Origin: an uncultured Bacteroidales bacterium
Lineage (GTDB): Bacteria > Bacteroidota > Bacteroidia > Bacteroidales > FEN-979
Assembly (NCBI GenBank): GCA_903845055.1
Contig: CAIMWF010000046.1
Span: 11,712-75,711, forward strand
Direction of reading: 5' to 3'
DNA: 64,000 nucleotides
Shown here one piece after another: positions 55,397 to 64,000 of this stretch; within the stretch, counting starts at the first letter, position 1; every line of letters starts with the position of its first letter. A program made the translations under genes and the position numbers. The notes below the pieces were generated by a model that did no database searches, had not been told where the DNA came from, and saw only the letters and a list, made by a program, of their open reading frames with translations.

Positions 55397-55689
55397 AATG
55401 CGGTTTTACTGCTTTATCGGGTTTGGAAGGAAAGGTGAAAGGATTGTTGATAACTTTTGTGCAAAGCCTGTCTGCCAGTGGTGAACATTGTAAGGCAACC
55501 TTATGGTCTTCAGCCATGGAGGTGCACACCAAAAGGCATCTGCGGATAAATAGCTACACATGTTCAGATGGGAATTTTAACCCTGTCCCGAAATTACTGA
55601 AATCCCCTATCCCGGAATGTCGACAAAAACAGTCGCCATCAAATTGGGTAAGGAGGCTTCGGCGGACCAGGAATTGATCAAAAAAACGA

Positions 55690-55697
55690 TAACTTTG
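55690..55697 (+). promoter_or_regulatory. Bacteroidota-type -7 promoter box (TAACTTTG) upstream of the SGNH-SGNH-MBOAT operon
   Basis: This is an exact TAnnTTTG match 13 nt upstream of ATG 55711. ATG 55732 is an alternative start. Confidence 0.4.
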
Positions 55698-55710
55698 CAC
55701 CCTGGCTGTC

Positions 55711-57087
55711 ATGCGTACTGGCCTGGTCAATATGGAAAAACGTAACCTGGAGCCTTTGATGATCCTGGCAGTAACCGGGATTTTTTTGTTTGTTCTTGTT
55801 ACCGGGTTTCCCGGACTTTTTGAAGGGCAGCACCGTGTCACCGCTGTGACAGCCTCTCCTTCCCCGGTACCGCTGGAGAAACCGGCCGTAACAGCCGAAA
55901 ATGACGATACCCTCCAGTCACTGGCGAGAGACCGGGATACCACCGCAAATATTTTTACGGGGCTGGAACCCTTCTTCCAGGCAATCAGCCATATACAGAC
56001 CGACCATGCCGTGCTCCACATCGCCTATTTCGGGGATTCGATGATCGAGGGCGACCTGGTTACCCAACCATTGCGTCGGAACATGCAGCGAAGGTTCGGC
56101 GGCAGCGGCATCGGCTTCATCCCCCTCACCTCGCCCCAACCGGGTTTCAGGACCACCATCAGGCAGACATTCAACGACGACTGGACGGTGTATTCCTTCG
56201 TTCACCCTGGAAAAACACAGGGGGTCACACCCGGCATTTCAGGATATGTTTACATCTCGGGGGCAGGAGCTGAAACAAAGTACGAATCGGTACCGGGATA
56301 TGGCAAATTCCGCAAGGCTGACATTCTTTACGGCGGACAGAACGAAGTTACGGTCAAGGTGGCCACCGATACCATTACAAGGGTTTTATCGCTCATCCCC
56401 GACCAGGGAAAGGCCGTGTCGGACCTCAGCGTGACGATTGATTCCGTTTTTTCGGTTTTCGAACTTCGGGTGACCAGCAGCAAACCCGGGCTGCTATATG
56501 GGGTCAACTTTGAGAACGGACCGGGCGTTTACGTCGACAATTACGCTTTCCGGGGGAACTCAGGTCTGCCGCTTAAAAACATTCCACCCGATGTGATTGC
56601 AGGGTTCAATAAAAAGCTCAGCAACAAACTGCTGATCATTCATTACGGTTTGAATGTATATACGCCGGGCATTGAGGATTATCATTGGTACGAGGCCGCC
56701 ATGGTGAACGTGATCAGGCATGTCAAGGAATCTTCCCCTGGTTGCGCCATCCTGATGATCAGCATGCCCGATCGGAGTGCCCTCATCTCGGGAGAATATT
56801 ACACCCCATCCGGTCTGCCTGAATTCATCCGGCTGCAGCAGCGGATCGCAAATTCGGAGCACGTGGCCTTTTTCAACCTTTACGCTGCCATGGGAGGTGC
56901 CAACAGCATGAAGCAATGGGTGGAAGGGAGTCCGAAACTTGCCGGCGACGATTACACCCATCCCAACGGGGCCGGAGCCTCCCGAATCGCCTCACTGGTT
57001 TATGATTTCCTGATGAAGGGGTATGACCGGTTTCAACATTGTACCGATTCGATCGCATACACCAGCCAGCCCAAACCCCTGCTATGA
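55711..57087 (+). CDS. SGNH/GDSL-like hydrolase-fold protein (putative O-acetyltransferase/esterase partner), N-terminally membrane-anchored
   Basis: It has a TM anchor LMILAVTGIFLFVLVTGF and block I HIAYFGDSMIEGD, then a central beta-rich insert. Later elements are IIHYGLN and DDYTHPN (DxxH-like). Confidence 0.65.
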   Translation: MRTGLVNMEKRNLEPLMILAVTGIFLFVLVTGFPGLFEGQHRVTAVTASPSPVPLEKPAVTAENDDTLQSLARDRDTTANIFTGLEPFFQAISHIQTDHAVLHIAYFGDSMIEGDLVTQPLRRNMQRRFGGSGIGFIPLTSPQPGFRTTIRQTFNDDWTVYSFVHPGKTQGVTPGISGYVYISGAGAETKYESVPGYGKFRKADILYGGQNEVTVKVATDTITRVLSLIPDQGKAVSDLSVTIDSVFSVFELRVTSSKPGLLYGVNFENGPGVYVDNYAFRGNSGLPLKNIPPDVIAGFNKKLSNKLLIIHYGLNVYTPGIEDYHWYEAAMVNVIRHVKESSPGCAILMISMPDRSALISGEYYTPSGLPEFIRLQQRIANSEHVAFFNLYAAMGGANSMKQWVEGSPKLAGDDYTHPNGAGASRIASLVYDFLMKGYDRFQHCTDSIAYTSQPKPLL

Positions 57088-58373
57088 TCCTTACCCGATA
57101 CATTTGGATTATTTGTCTCGCCGTCTTCTCTGCACATTCCTTTGGACAGGATACAGCCGTAATCCTGGAACCACTGCCACAATTCGACTCGCTTAAACTG
57201 CTGTACCCGTTTCTGAAAATTGACGCCAACCGCATCCAGGGAGAAAGCCAGTCGCTTCAGCCATTTTTTGACAAACTCGAACGGATTCATAATGGAAGCC
57301 GCGAACAGGCGGTTGTGGTCCACCTCGGCGATTCGCATGTTCAGCCGGGGGTGATCACCATGCCTCTGCGCGAATGGCTGCAATCAAACTTCGGTAATTC
57401 CGGCCGGGGTATGATATTCCCGTACCGGCTTGCAAAATCGAACGGGCCGGCAGGTTATGTCTCGCATTGCGATACTCCATGGATATATAGCAGGAATGCA
57501 TCACCCAAACATATTCTGCCAACCGGGATCGCCGGATTTACACTTTGGTCGGCAAACCCTTCTGCCACCTTCACGGTGGAATTCACTACTCCGTTGTCCG
57601 GCCCGGGAGATACAACCCTCCTGACGATTTTTCACGCAAACAGCGACAGTTCTTACTTCCTTTCGGTCTCGAATGATATAAACGGGCATGCATATCCTGT
57701 GGCGGATTCGACAAAACCGGATCATACCACCCTTTTGCTCGACGACCAGCCGCAAAAAATCCGGATCAGGGCTGTTAAACAAAAGGAATCGCAAAAATCG
57801 GCAACATTGTACGGGATGACTCTCGGGTTGCTAAAACCGGGTGTGGTGGTGCATACCATTGGCGTAAACGGGGCCATGTTCAGCAGTTACTCCGAATCTG
57901 AGCACTTTGCCGGACAACTGGCGCTGCTGAAACCCGACCTGCTGATCCTTTCGCTTGGCACCAACGAAGCATTCGGTGTAAAAGGCTGGTCGGCCGACAG
58001 TTTTAGCGCAAGCATCGACTCCCTGGTGCGGCAATTGCTTCAGGCCGCTCCGGGTGCATCCATCCTTTTCACAACACCGCCGGGCATCTACCAGGCAACC
58101 CGGAAAAGGCGGCATACCAGTTACAAGCCAAACCCACTGGCAAAAAAGGCGGGTGAAATCATTTCAGGATATGCCGTAACACATGGGATGGCGACCTGGG
58201 ACTGGTATACCATCATGGGAGGCACAGACGGGATGGCAAAATGGAAGGCGAAAAAATTGACCGACAAGCGGTATATTCATTTTTCCGGAAAAGGGTATGG
58301 CATCCAGGGGGTGCTGTTCAGGGAGGCATTCATCGGCGCATGGAAGAAATCAGGTTACGGAACTATTAAATAA
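57084..58373 (+). CDS. SGNH/GDSL-like hydrolase-fold protein (second paralogue), exported
   Basis: The ATG at 57084 overlaps the upstream TGA (ATGA) and gives a signal peptide MILTRYIWIICLAVFSAHSFGQ. Block I is VVHLGDSHVQPG; later elements are LSLGTNE and KRYIHFS. Confidence 0.65.
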   Translation: MILTRYIWIICLAVFSAHSFGQDTAVILEPLPQFDSLKLLYPFLKIDANRIQGESQSLQPFFDKLERIHNGSREQAVVVHLGDSHVQPGVITMPLREWLQSNFGNSGRGMIFPYRLAKSNGPAGYVSHCDTPWIYSRNASPKHILPTGIAGFTLWSANPSATFTVEFTTPLSGPGDTTLLTIFHANSDSSYFLSVSNDINGHAYPVADSTKPDHTTLLLDDQPQKIRIRAVKQKESQKSATLYGMTLGLLKPGVVVHTIGVNGAMFSSYSESEHFAGQLALLKPDLLILSLGTNEAFGVKGWSADSFSASIDSLVRQLLQAAPGASILFTTPPGIYQATRKRRHTSYKPNPLAKKAGEIISGYAVTHGMATWDWYTIMGGTDGMAKWKAKKLTDKRYIHFSGKGYGIQGVLFREAFIGAWKKSGYGTIK

Positions 58374-58393
58374 TTAAATTCAGCAGACAGGCT

Positions 58394-59950
58394 ATGACCG
58401 ATCATGCGGGTACGATTCACGCGTTCATGGAGTGGCTTTCGTCATCGGTATTCTACCAGCCGGGCAATCCAGTCTTTTTCACCGGTACTTTTTTTATCTG
58501 TTTTTTTGCGCTTTTTTTTGTTTTTTACGCCCTTGCCGGGCAAACCGAACGCGGCCGCACATGGGTGATCCTGGCATTCTCGCTCTGGTTTTACTACAAG
58601 TGTTCCGGATGGTTTGTACTGGTCATCCTCGCCTCGGGCATGCTCAACTATCTTGCCGCCCTGAGGATAACCTCCTGCTCAGGCCCTGGCGCGACGAGAC
58701 GATGGCTGACAGCCGGTGTTCTCGGGAATCTGGCCCTTCTGCTCATGTTTAAGAACACCGCCTTTTTCATCCAGTTTGCAAACCAGTTTTCATCAGGTCA
58801 ACTTACCATCGGGACGATCCTCTTCCCGGCGGGGATTTCATTTTACACCTTCGCTAACCTGAGCTACCTGTTCGATGTCAAGAAGGGTGCGCTGGTACCC
58901 GAGCATTCCATGGTCCGCTATCTCGCTTACATTACTTTCTTCCCCGTGGTGCAGATGGGACCGATTGAGCGGGCGAAGAACTTTCTCCCGCAGCTTTCAC
59001 TCCCGTACCGGCTTTCCCGCGAGGATATCGCGGAGGGATTTTTCCTGATCCTGTCGGGGGCACTCAAAAAAATGGTGATCGGTGATTATGTGAATCTTCA
59101 TCTGGTTTCGCAGGTCTTCAGCACTCCTGAACGTTACACCGGGATGGAAAACCTCGCAGCACTGCTGGGATATTCGCTGGTGATCTATTGCGATTTCAGC
59201 GGTTACACCGACATGGGTCGCGGCATCGCCCGATGGATGGGGTTCAACATCCAGGTCAATTTCAATTTACCATACAGGTCAGAGAGCATCGGTGAATTCT
59301 GGCGACGGTGGCATATTTCCCTTTCAAACTGGCTTCGTGATTACCTGTTTCTGCCACTGGCCTTTCGTCTTTCGCGGATGCTGAAAAAGGAATATCTTAT
59401 TCGCGGGAAATACCTGCGCAACGACCTGTTGATCTTCAATATCTCGTCCCTGGTGACCTTCACGGTATGCGGACTCTGGCATGGCTTTGGGTGGAACTTC
59501 ATGATATGGGGGTTGATGCACGGTGCAGCCCTTGCCACGCAACGAACCTGGAGTTATTCGACAAAGGCATTCAGGAAAAAGAGAGGACCGGTATTCAGGA
59601 AAAGCGGAAAAATCGCAGGTTCGCTGCTGACCTTTCTGTTTGTCACCTTTTCCTGGGTGTTTTTCAGGATGAGCACCCCGGCGGGGAGTTTTACCGTACT
59701 TACCCAGATTGCCACCAATTTTTACGTGCGCGGATTCATGGTATTCCTTGAAGCTTACTACGCGGTATTGCTGATGATCATGACCGGGTACCTGTTCCAT
59801 TACATGCCTGTGCGCATCATGGACGGAATACGTAAAAGACTTATTCCCCTTTCCTGGCCCTGGAAAGCAGTCATTGCAATCTGCATGGTGACCCTCATCC
59901 TGTATTTTAAAAGCCAGGGCCCGGCCATGCCGATTTATATCCGGTTTTAG
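58394..59950 (+). CDS. MBOAT-family membrane-bound O-acyltransferase (AlgI/DltB/PatA-like)
   Basis: It is polytopic with SESIGEFWRRWHISLSNWLRDYLFLPL (the conserved MBOAT His region) and a second conserved His in GLWHGFGWNF. Confidence 0.85.
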   Translation: MTDHAGTIHAFMEWLSSSVFYQPGNPVFFTGTFFICFFALFFVFYALAGQTERGRTWVILAFSLWFYYKCSGWFVLVILASGMLNYLAALRITSCSGPGATRRWLTAGVLGNLALLLMFKNTAFFIQFANQFSSGQLTIGTILFPAGISFYTFANLSYLFDVKKGALVPEHSMVRYLAYITFFPVVQMGPIERAKNFLPQLSLPYRLSREDIAEGFFLILSGALKKMVIGDYVNLHLVSQVFSTPERYTGMENLAALLGYSLVIYCDFSGYTDMGRGIARWMGFNIQVNFNLPYRSESIGEFWRRWHISLSNWLRDYLFLPLAFRLSRMLKKEYLIRGKYLRNDLLIFNISSLVTFTVCGLWHGFGWNFMIWGLMHGAALATQRTWSYSTKAFRKKRGPVFRKSGKIAGSLLTFLFVTFSWVFFRMSTPAGSFTVLTQIATNFYVRGFMVFLEAYYAVLLMIMTGYLFHYMPVRIMDGIRKRLIPLSWPWKAVIAICMVTLILYFKSQGPAMPIYIRF

Positions 59951-59964
59951 TGTTTCCGGCCGTT

Positions 59965-62943
59965 TTAAATAATTCCGGGTTTGTAAACCACCCCGAAATT
60001 TTTTTTCCCGTCAATCTCGATCCGTATCGGGTGGTCAAACCGGACATGGCGGATAAATTCATCTTCGGTCAGTGCCGGCTGGCTGTCGAGGTAGCCGACA
60101 TCGTAGAAACCATCATGAATAAAGGGATTGATCGTAAAATAGCCAACACGGAAGGAGGTCAGGTTCTGGAAAAAGTGGGTGCCCTGGCTCGGATCTATCC
60201 TGTAATTGTCGAGCCCCGATTCAACGATGACCCGGGCGGCACTGATTTGCGGCCATTTGACAGGAATGCCCAGCCAGGGATCGCTTGATCCCCATCGCCC
60301 GGGCCCTACGAGCACATAGTTTCTTTTTTCCAGGAGGAACTGCCCGTTCAGGATGTCGAGCCGCCGGGCAATCTCCATGCTTTTCGAGGCGTCGAAGACA
60401 TCGGGCTTTATATATACAAAATCGTGAATCCCCTTGATGATCCCGTTTCCGAGTGCGGAATTCGAAATAAGCAGGGCATCTTCGTTACGGATGGTTTCGG
60501 GCTTCAGGTTGATTGTTTCATCCCTTCCCGCGATGGGCCTGATTTGCAGTAGGCTGAAAACCTTCGGCTGGCCTTTCGGCATATCGAGGTTTACTGCGAA
60601 CTCGATTTCAACCGGTTTGTTCATTTCACGCTGCCCGATCTCGAGCACCTTGCATAAGATTTCGGCAAGCGGGAATGTGCCGTGGTTGAGCAACGGGGAA
60701 AAGGTGACGACCCGCTTCCCGTCGCCGAGAACGCCGTCCTTCAGCTGGTGGCTTTCGTAGTCGAAGGTGGAGGCCACCAGCCTGAGTGCATGATCATTTT
60801 CGGCATCCCTGATGCGCAGTTTCATCAGGTTTACCGTGTCATCGGTATCGGGCAGGAAACTCTCAGGGCGGAGGTCGAGGGCAAAAAAGAATTTCTGGGT
60901 TTCACTCAGGGCAAGCTCGGGAGTGGAAAGCTGCAGGATTTTTTTCGGGTATTTTGGCGAAAAACGGATCCCGTTGCCACCATCCACGATGTATTTTCCC
61001 AGCCCGAAGGCTATGTTCGCAATGCCGTCTTCTGGTTTTTCGGGGGCGATCGGGTAAAAATTGATCGACCTGGCCACACCGGAAATGGCCGGGTAGAAGC
61101 GATCGTCGTACTGGCGGCCGGTAACCTCCTGCAACACGATGCCCATCTTTTCCTCGTCGATCATGTTGAGCGTCGCAGCCATATAAGCCTTGCTATCCCT
61201 GAAATAGGCCGAAGCATAGACACTTTTGATGGCCTCGCTCAATTTGTCGATCATGACCCGTTCGTTGAACTTGATATTCGGGATCATGTACGTCGAATAA
61301 ATACCAGCAAATGGCTGATAATGTGAGTCTTCAAGCAAACTGGAAGACCTGATAGCAATGGGATTGTTGATGCACGAAATGAACCTGTAGAGGTCTTCAT
61401 GGATCCTGAAGGGCAACCTTGATTTGACAAACCTGGTGAGGATCTCCTGGTCGCTACGATCGGAAAGGGCGAATTCAAAGAGGTTGTTTTCTTCCATGAA
61501 TTCATCGAAGATGTCGGTCCCCAGTACCACGGTTCGCGGGATGGTAATCATGACATCCTCATAGTGGTTTGTAAGGCGGTTGCGCTTGATCAGTGAATCG
61601 AGAAAGGCCAGTCCCCTGGCTTTACCGCCGATGGAACCCTCGCCGATACGCGCGAACTGGAGGTATTCATCGTACCGGTCCCGGTCGAAATCAGCAATCA
61701 CCCCTTTGGCCTTGTTGATGCGGAAGGCCGTAATGGCATCGAAAAGGTAACGCTTTGCCTCATCCATATCATTGGCAAAGGCATTCACCGATACTTCGCG
61801 GAACATCTCGGCGATAGGGAATAGCGCCCTTGCATTGAGCCATTTTGAAAAGTGGTTGCGCTGCATGTGGTAGAGCAACGAGTCGTCAGGAATCTCGAAA
61901 ATTTTGTCCTGCAGCGATTTAAGGTCGACGGCACGGGTGATCTCGCGACCGTTTGCAGGGTCGATGAAGATGAAATCGCCGAATGAGAAATACTCGGTGA
62001 TGTAGTTTCTCAACTCGATCGACAAGGTTTTGGAATTCTTGTTCAGGAAACCAACCTTCATCTCATGTGCCAGCGATTCATACTCGGTGTCGGTCGACTG
62101 GAACAGCACCGGCATGTATTCGTCCTCGGCCCTGACCCGCTCGACAAACTTGATCCCGGCGGTTTTGTCAGTTTCGCCAGCACGCATGAAGGAGATATCG
62201 GTGATGATCCCGAGGAGGTTGCTTTTATATTTTTCCCACATGTTCACAGCCTCTTCGTAATTTGTGGCCAGGAGGATCTTGGTCCTGCCACGCATCCTGA
62301 GCATTTTGTTATGCTCGTTCAACCCCTCGGCCATGAACGTTTTTGACTGTTTCAGCAGGATTTTATAGATGTTGGGAAGATAGGATGAATAAAACCTGAT
62401 GGAATCCTCAACCAGCAAAATGGCCTGCACCCCTTCCTTTACATCCTGGTCGATGTTCATTTTGTCTTCGATCAGCTTGATGATCGCAAGCAGAATGCCC
62501 GCATTGCCCAGCCAACTGAATACATAGTCGATGGCGCTCAGGTCCTTTTCGGCAAGTTTCAGGTTGACCTCCCGTGAAAAAGGAGTCAGTACGACGATCG
62601 GGATTTTGGGGTATTTTTGTTTGATTCGCATCGCGATATCAAAAGTGTCGGTCTTTTCAATATTCAGCATCGAGATAACCAGCTCGATCCTTTTGTCTTC
62701 AAGCACCTCGAAGGCCTCCTCTTCCGAAGTCACCTTGATGAACTGTGGCGGATAACGAAGGTTGAGGGAGACATACTCCATGAAAATGGTCTCGTCGATC
62801 CTGCCATCCTCCTCCAGCATGAACGAATCGTAGGTGCTTGAAATCAGGAGGATCTGGTATATCCTCCGCTTCATCAGCAGGTTGAAGGAGGTATCGATGA
62901 AATAGTATTTCTTCGGGTTTAGAACATTCTGTAATGACGACAT
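59965..62943 (-). CDS. PEP/pyruvate-binding (PPDK_N, ATP-grasp) domain protein with two N-terminal receiver-like domains
   Basis: I set the start at ATG 62943 (MSSLQNVLNPKKYYF). The first REC-like module (YQILLISSTYDS...ELVISMLNIEKTD) lacks the usual acidic pocket. The second (AILLVEDSIRF...LGIITDISF) retains one. IGEGSIGGKARGLAFL is the PPDK_N/PpsA nucleotide-binding signature. No phosphohistidine swivel motif was seen. Confidence 0.7.
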   Translation of the reverse strand: MSSLQNVLNPKKYYFIDTSFNLLMKRRIYQILLISSTYDSFMLEEDGRIDETIFMEYVSLNLRYPPQFIKVTSEEEAFEVLEDKRIELVISMLNIEKTDTFDIAMRIKQKYPKIPIVVLTPFSREVNLKLAEKDLSAIDYVFSWLGNAGILLAIIKLIEDKMNIDQDVKEGVQAILLVEDSIRFYSSYLPNIYKILLKQSKTFMAEGLNEHNKMLRMRGRTKILLATNYEEAVNMWEKYKSNLLGIITDISFMRAGETDKTAGIKFVERVRAEDEYMPVLFQSTDTEYESLAHEMKVGFLNKNSKTLSIELRNYITEYFSFGDFIFIDPANGREITRAVDLKSLQDKIFEIPDDSLLYHMQRNHFSKWLNARALFPIAEMFREVSVNAFANDMDEAKRYLFDAITAFRINKAKGVIADFDRDRYDEYLQFARIGEGSIGGKARGLAFLDSLIKRNRLTNHYEDVMITIPRTVVLGTDIFDEFMEENNLFEFALSDRSDQEILTRFVKSRLPFRIHEDLYRFISCINNPIAIRSSSLLEDSHYQPFAGIYSTYMIPNIKFNERVMIDKLSEAIKSVYASAYFRDSKAYMAATLNMIDEEKMGIVLQEVTGRQYDDRFYPAISGVARSINFYPIAPEKPEDGIANIAFGLGKYIVDGGNGIRFSPKYPKKILQLSTPELALSETQKFFFALDLRPESFLPDTDDTVNLMKLRIRDAENDHALRLVASTFDYESHQLKDGVLGDGKRVVTFSPLLNHGTFPLAEILCKVLEIGQREMNKPVEIEFAVNLDMPKGQPKVFSLLQIRPIAGRDETINLKPETIRNEDALLISNSALGNGIIKGIHDFVYIKPDVFDASKSMEIARRLDILNGQFLLEKRNYVLVGPGRWGSSDPWLGIPVKWPQISAARVIVESGLDNYRIDPSQGTHFFQNLTSFRVGYFTINPFIHDGFYDVGYLDSQPALTEDEFIRHVRFDHPIRIEIDGKKNFGVVYKPGII

Positions 62944-63054
62944 GGGAAAGACTTTACGCAGCTCAAAAATAAAAATCTTTTGCGTGCCCGGCCCCCTTTT
63001 TTTTGAGGAATGCGTTCTCGCGGAATTTTGTATTTTTATCTGCAAAATATCCTG

Positions 63055-64000
63055 CATGGTCAACAAGAAATCTCCCGGTCCGAAAACTGCCAAAAAGAAA
63101 ACAGGGATTGTAACAGCCCACGCCCCGGTCTTCGGGGTCAACTATTACCTGGGATTTCTCCTGGCGCTGGTAGCTTTCCTGCTTTATGCCAATGGAATCG
63201 GCCATGGTTACCTGCTCGACGATTCGGCAGCCGTGACCGACAACAATTATGTACACCTCGGCATCCAGGGAATCCCGAAACTGCTGACCACCGATTTCTG
63301 GCATTTTTCAGCAGTGAGGCTGGGATACTATCGTCCGTTACCCTTAATCACGTATGCCATTGAATACCAGTTTTTCGGACTTTCTCCACATCTCAGCCAT
63401 TTTAATAACGTCCTGTTGTTCTCGATCGCCGTCTTTTTTGTCTTTTTACTGCTCAGCAAAGTGTTTTCGGGATTCAACCCTTTGTATGCCTTTGCAATCA
63501 CCCTGCTTTTTGCTGCCCATCCAATCCACACGGAGGTTGTAGACAACATCAAGGGCAGGGATGAATTGCTGAGTTTTCTCAATACCATCGCTATGCTTTG
63601 GTTTGCCCTGCGGTACACCGAAAGCAGGAAGACCCTGTTCCTGGTCATCAGCCTGGTGCTGTTTTACCTTGCCCTGATGTCGAAGGAGAGTGCCATCATG
63701 GGGATCATGCTCATCCCTCTTGTATACTGGTATTCCGGCGAAAAGTCGGTGAAAGGGCTGGCCCTTAAAATCCTGCCCTACCTGGTGACCATTTTGCTGT
63801 TCTTTATCATGAAAAACCTGTTGTTTGAAACAAAAAACCCCGTGGTCCCTGCCGATCCTGTCAATTACCCCTACACCGCCGAGCTGGTAAGATATTCATC
63901 TGCCTTCATGCTGTTCCTTTTTTTTATCAGGATCCTGGTTTTTCCGCACCCGCTGCGGTACGATTACTCCTACAACCAGATCCCCGCCGTAGGCTGGGAC
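63055..64000 (+). CDS. Polytopic membrane protein, TMTC/PMT_2(GT39)-like glycosyltransferase N-terminal region (3' end outside window; not in ORF track)
   Basis: I translated ATG 63055 in frame 1 by hand and it stays open to the window end: MVNKKSPGPKTAKKKTGIVTAHAPVFGVNYYLGFLLALVAFLLYANGIGHGYLLDDSAAVTDNNYV...YYRPLPLITYAIEYQFFG...AHPIHTEVVDNIKGRDELLS.... Multiple TM helices and the F/Y-x-x-DD loop resemble DUF1736/TMTC-like proteins. Confidence 0.65.

Noticed and set aside
55397-55710. Search for a tRNA, riboswitch or small RNA in the 314-bp spacer upstream of the RAYT-like gene
   Set aside because: I found no cloverleaf-compatible stems, no conserved riboswitch core that I recognise and no terminator. 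The 84-aa ORF at 55423-55677 is basic and low-complexity with no support. The region stays unexplained (see finding) and is not annotated.
1-64000. Genomic island, prophage or defence island spanning part of the window
   Set aside because: The window has no integrase, phage structural genes, tRNA attachment site, restriction-modification, CBASS/Thoeris-like or toxin-antitoxin genes recognisable by motif. I saw no obvious compositional shift by eye, and housekeeping genes are interspersed throughout.

Overview
The window looks like a chromosomal segment of a Bacteroidota genome. Supporting signs are Por/T9SS C-terminal sorting domains on three secreted proteins, TAnnTTTG-type -7 promoter boxes, no Shine-Dalgarno-like leaders, and an amidase / LptD-like / RidA neighbourhood. 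It is densely coding, with about 45 genes, several joined by ATGA start/stop overlaps. Most genes are housekeeping or cell-envelope functions: GH3 glycosidase, ClC channel, M16 and S9 peptidases, MlaD, LptD-like, LptF/G-like, HutU, Tgt, IspE, Ung, BirA, RadC, GpmA, RlmF, glycosyltransferases and an SGNH-SGNH-MBOAT operon. I saw no rRNA, tRNA, CRISPR array, prophage or complete IS element. Six things deserve a second look. (1) An intact archaeal-type gatE-gatD pair (Glu-tRNA(Gln) amidotransferase GatDE) sits in this bacterial context. (2) A three-gene module encodes an ECF-like sigma factor, an anti-sigma-like membrane protein and an exported CHAT (caspase-like) protease. (3) A recurring family of 7-8 bp-period A/T-rich micro-tandem repeats occupies at least seven intergenic spacers and brackets both gatD and ridA. 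(4) A putative MbnP/MbnH-like lipoprotein plus di-haem peroxidase pair is translationally coupled to ung. (5) A 5'-decapitated T9SS adhesin gene has an in-frame TAA and no signal peptide. (6) A solitary IS200/RAYT-like Y1 transposase lies next to a 314-bp unexplained spacer. All functional calls come from reading motifs by eye and need HMM/BLAST confirmation.
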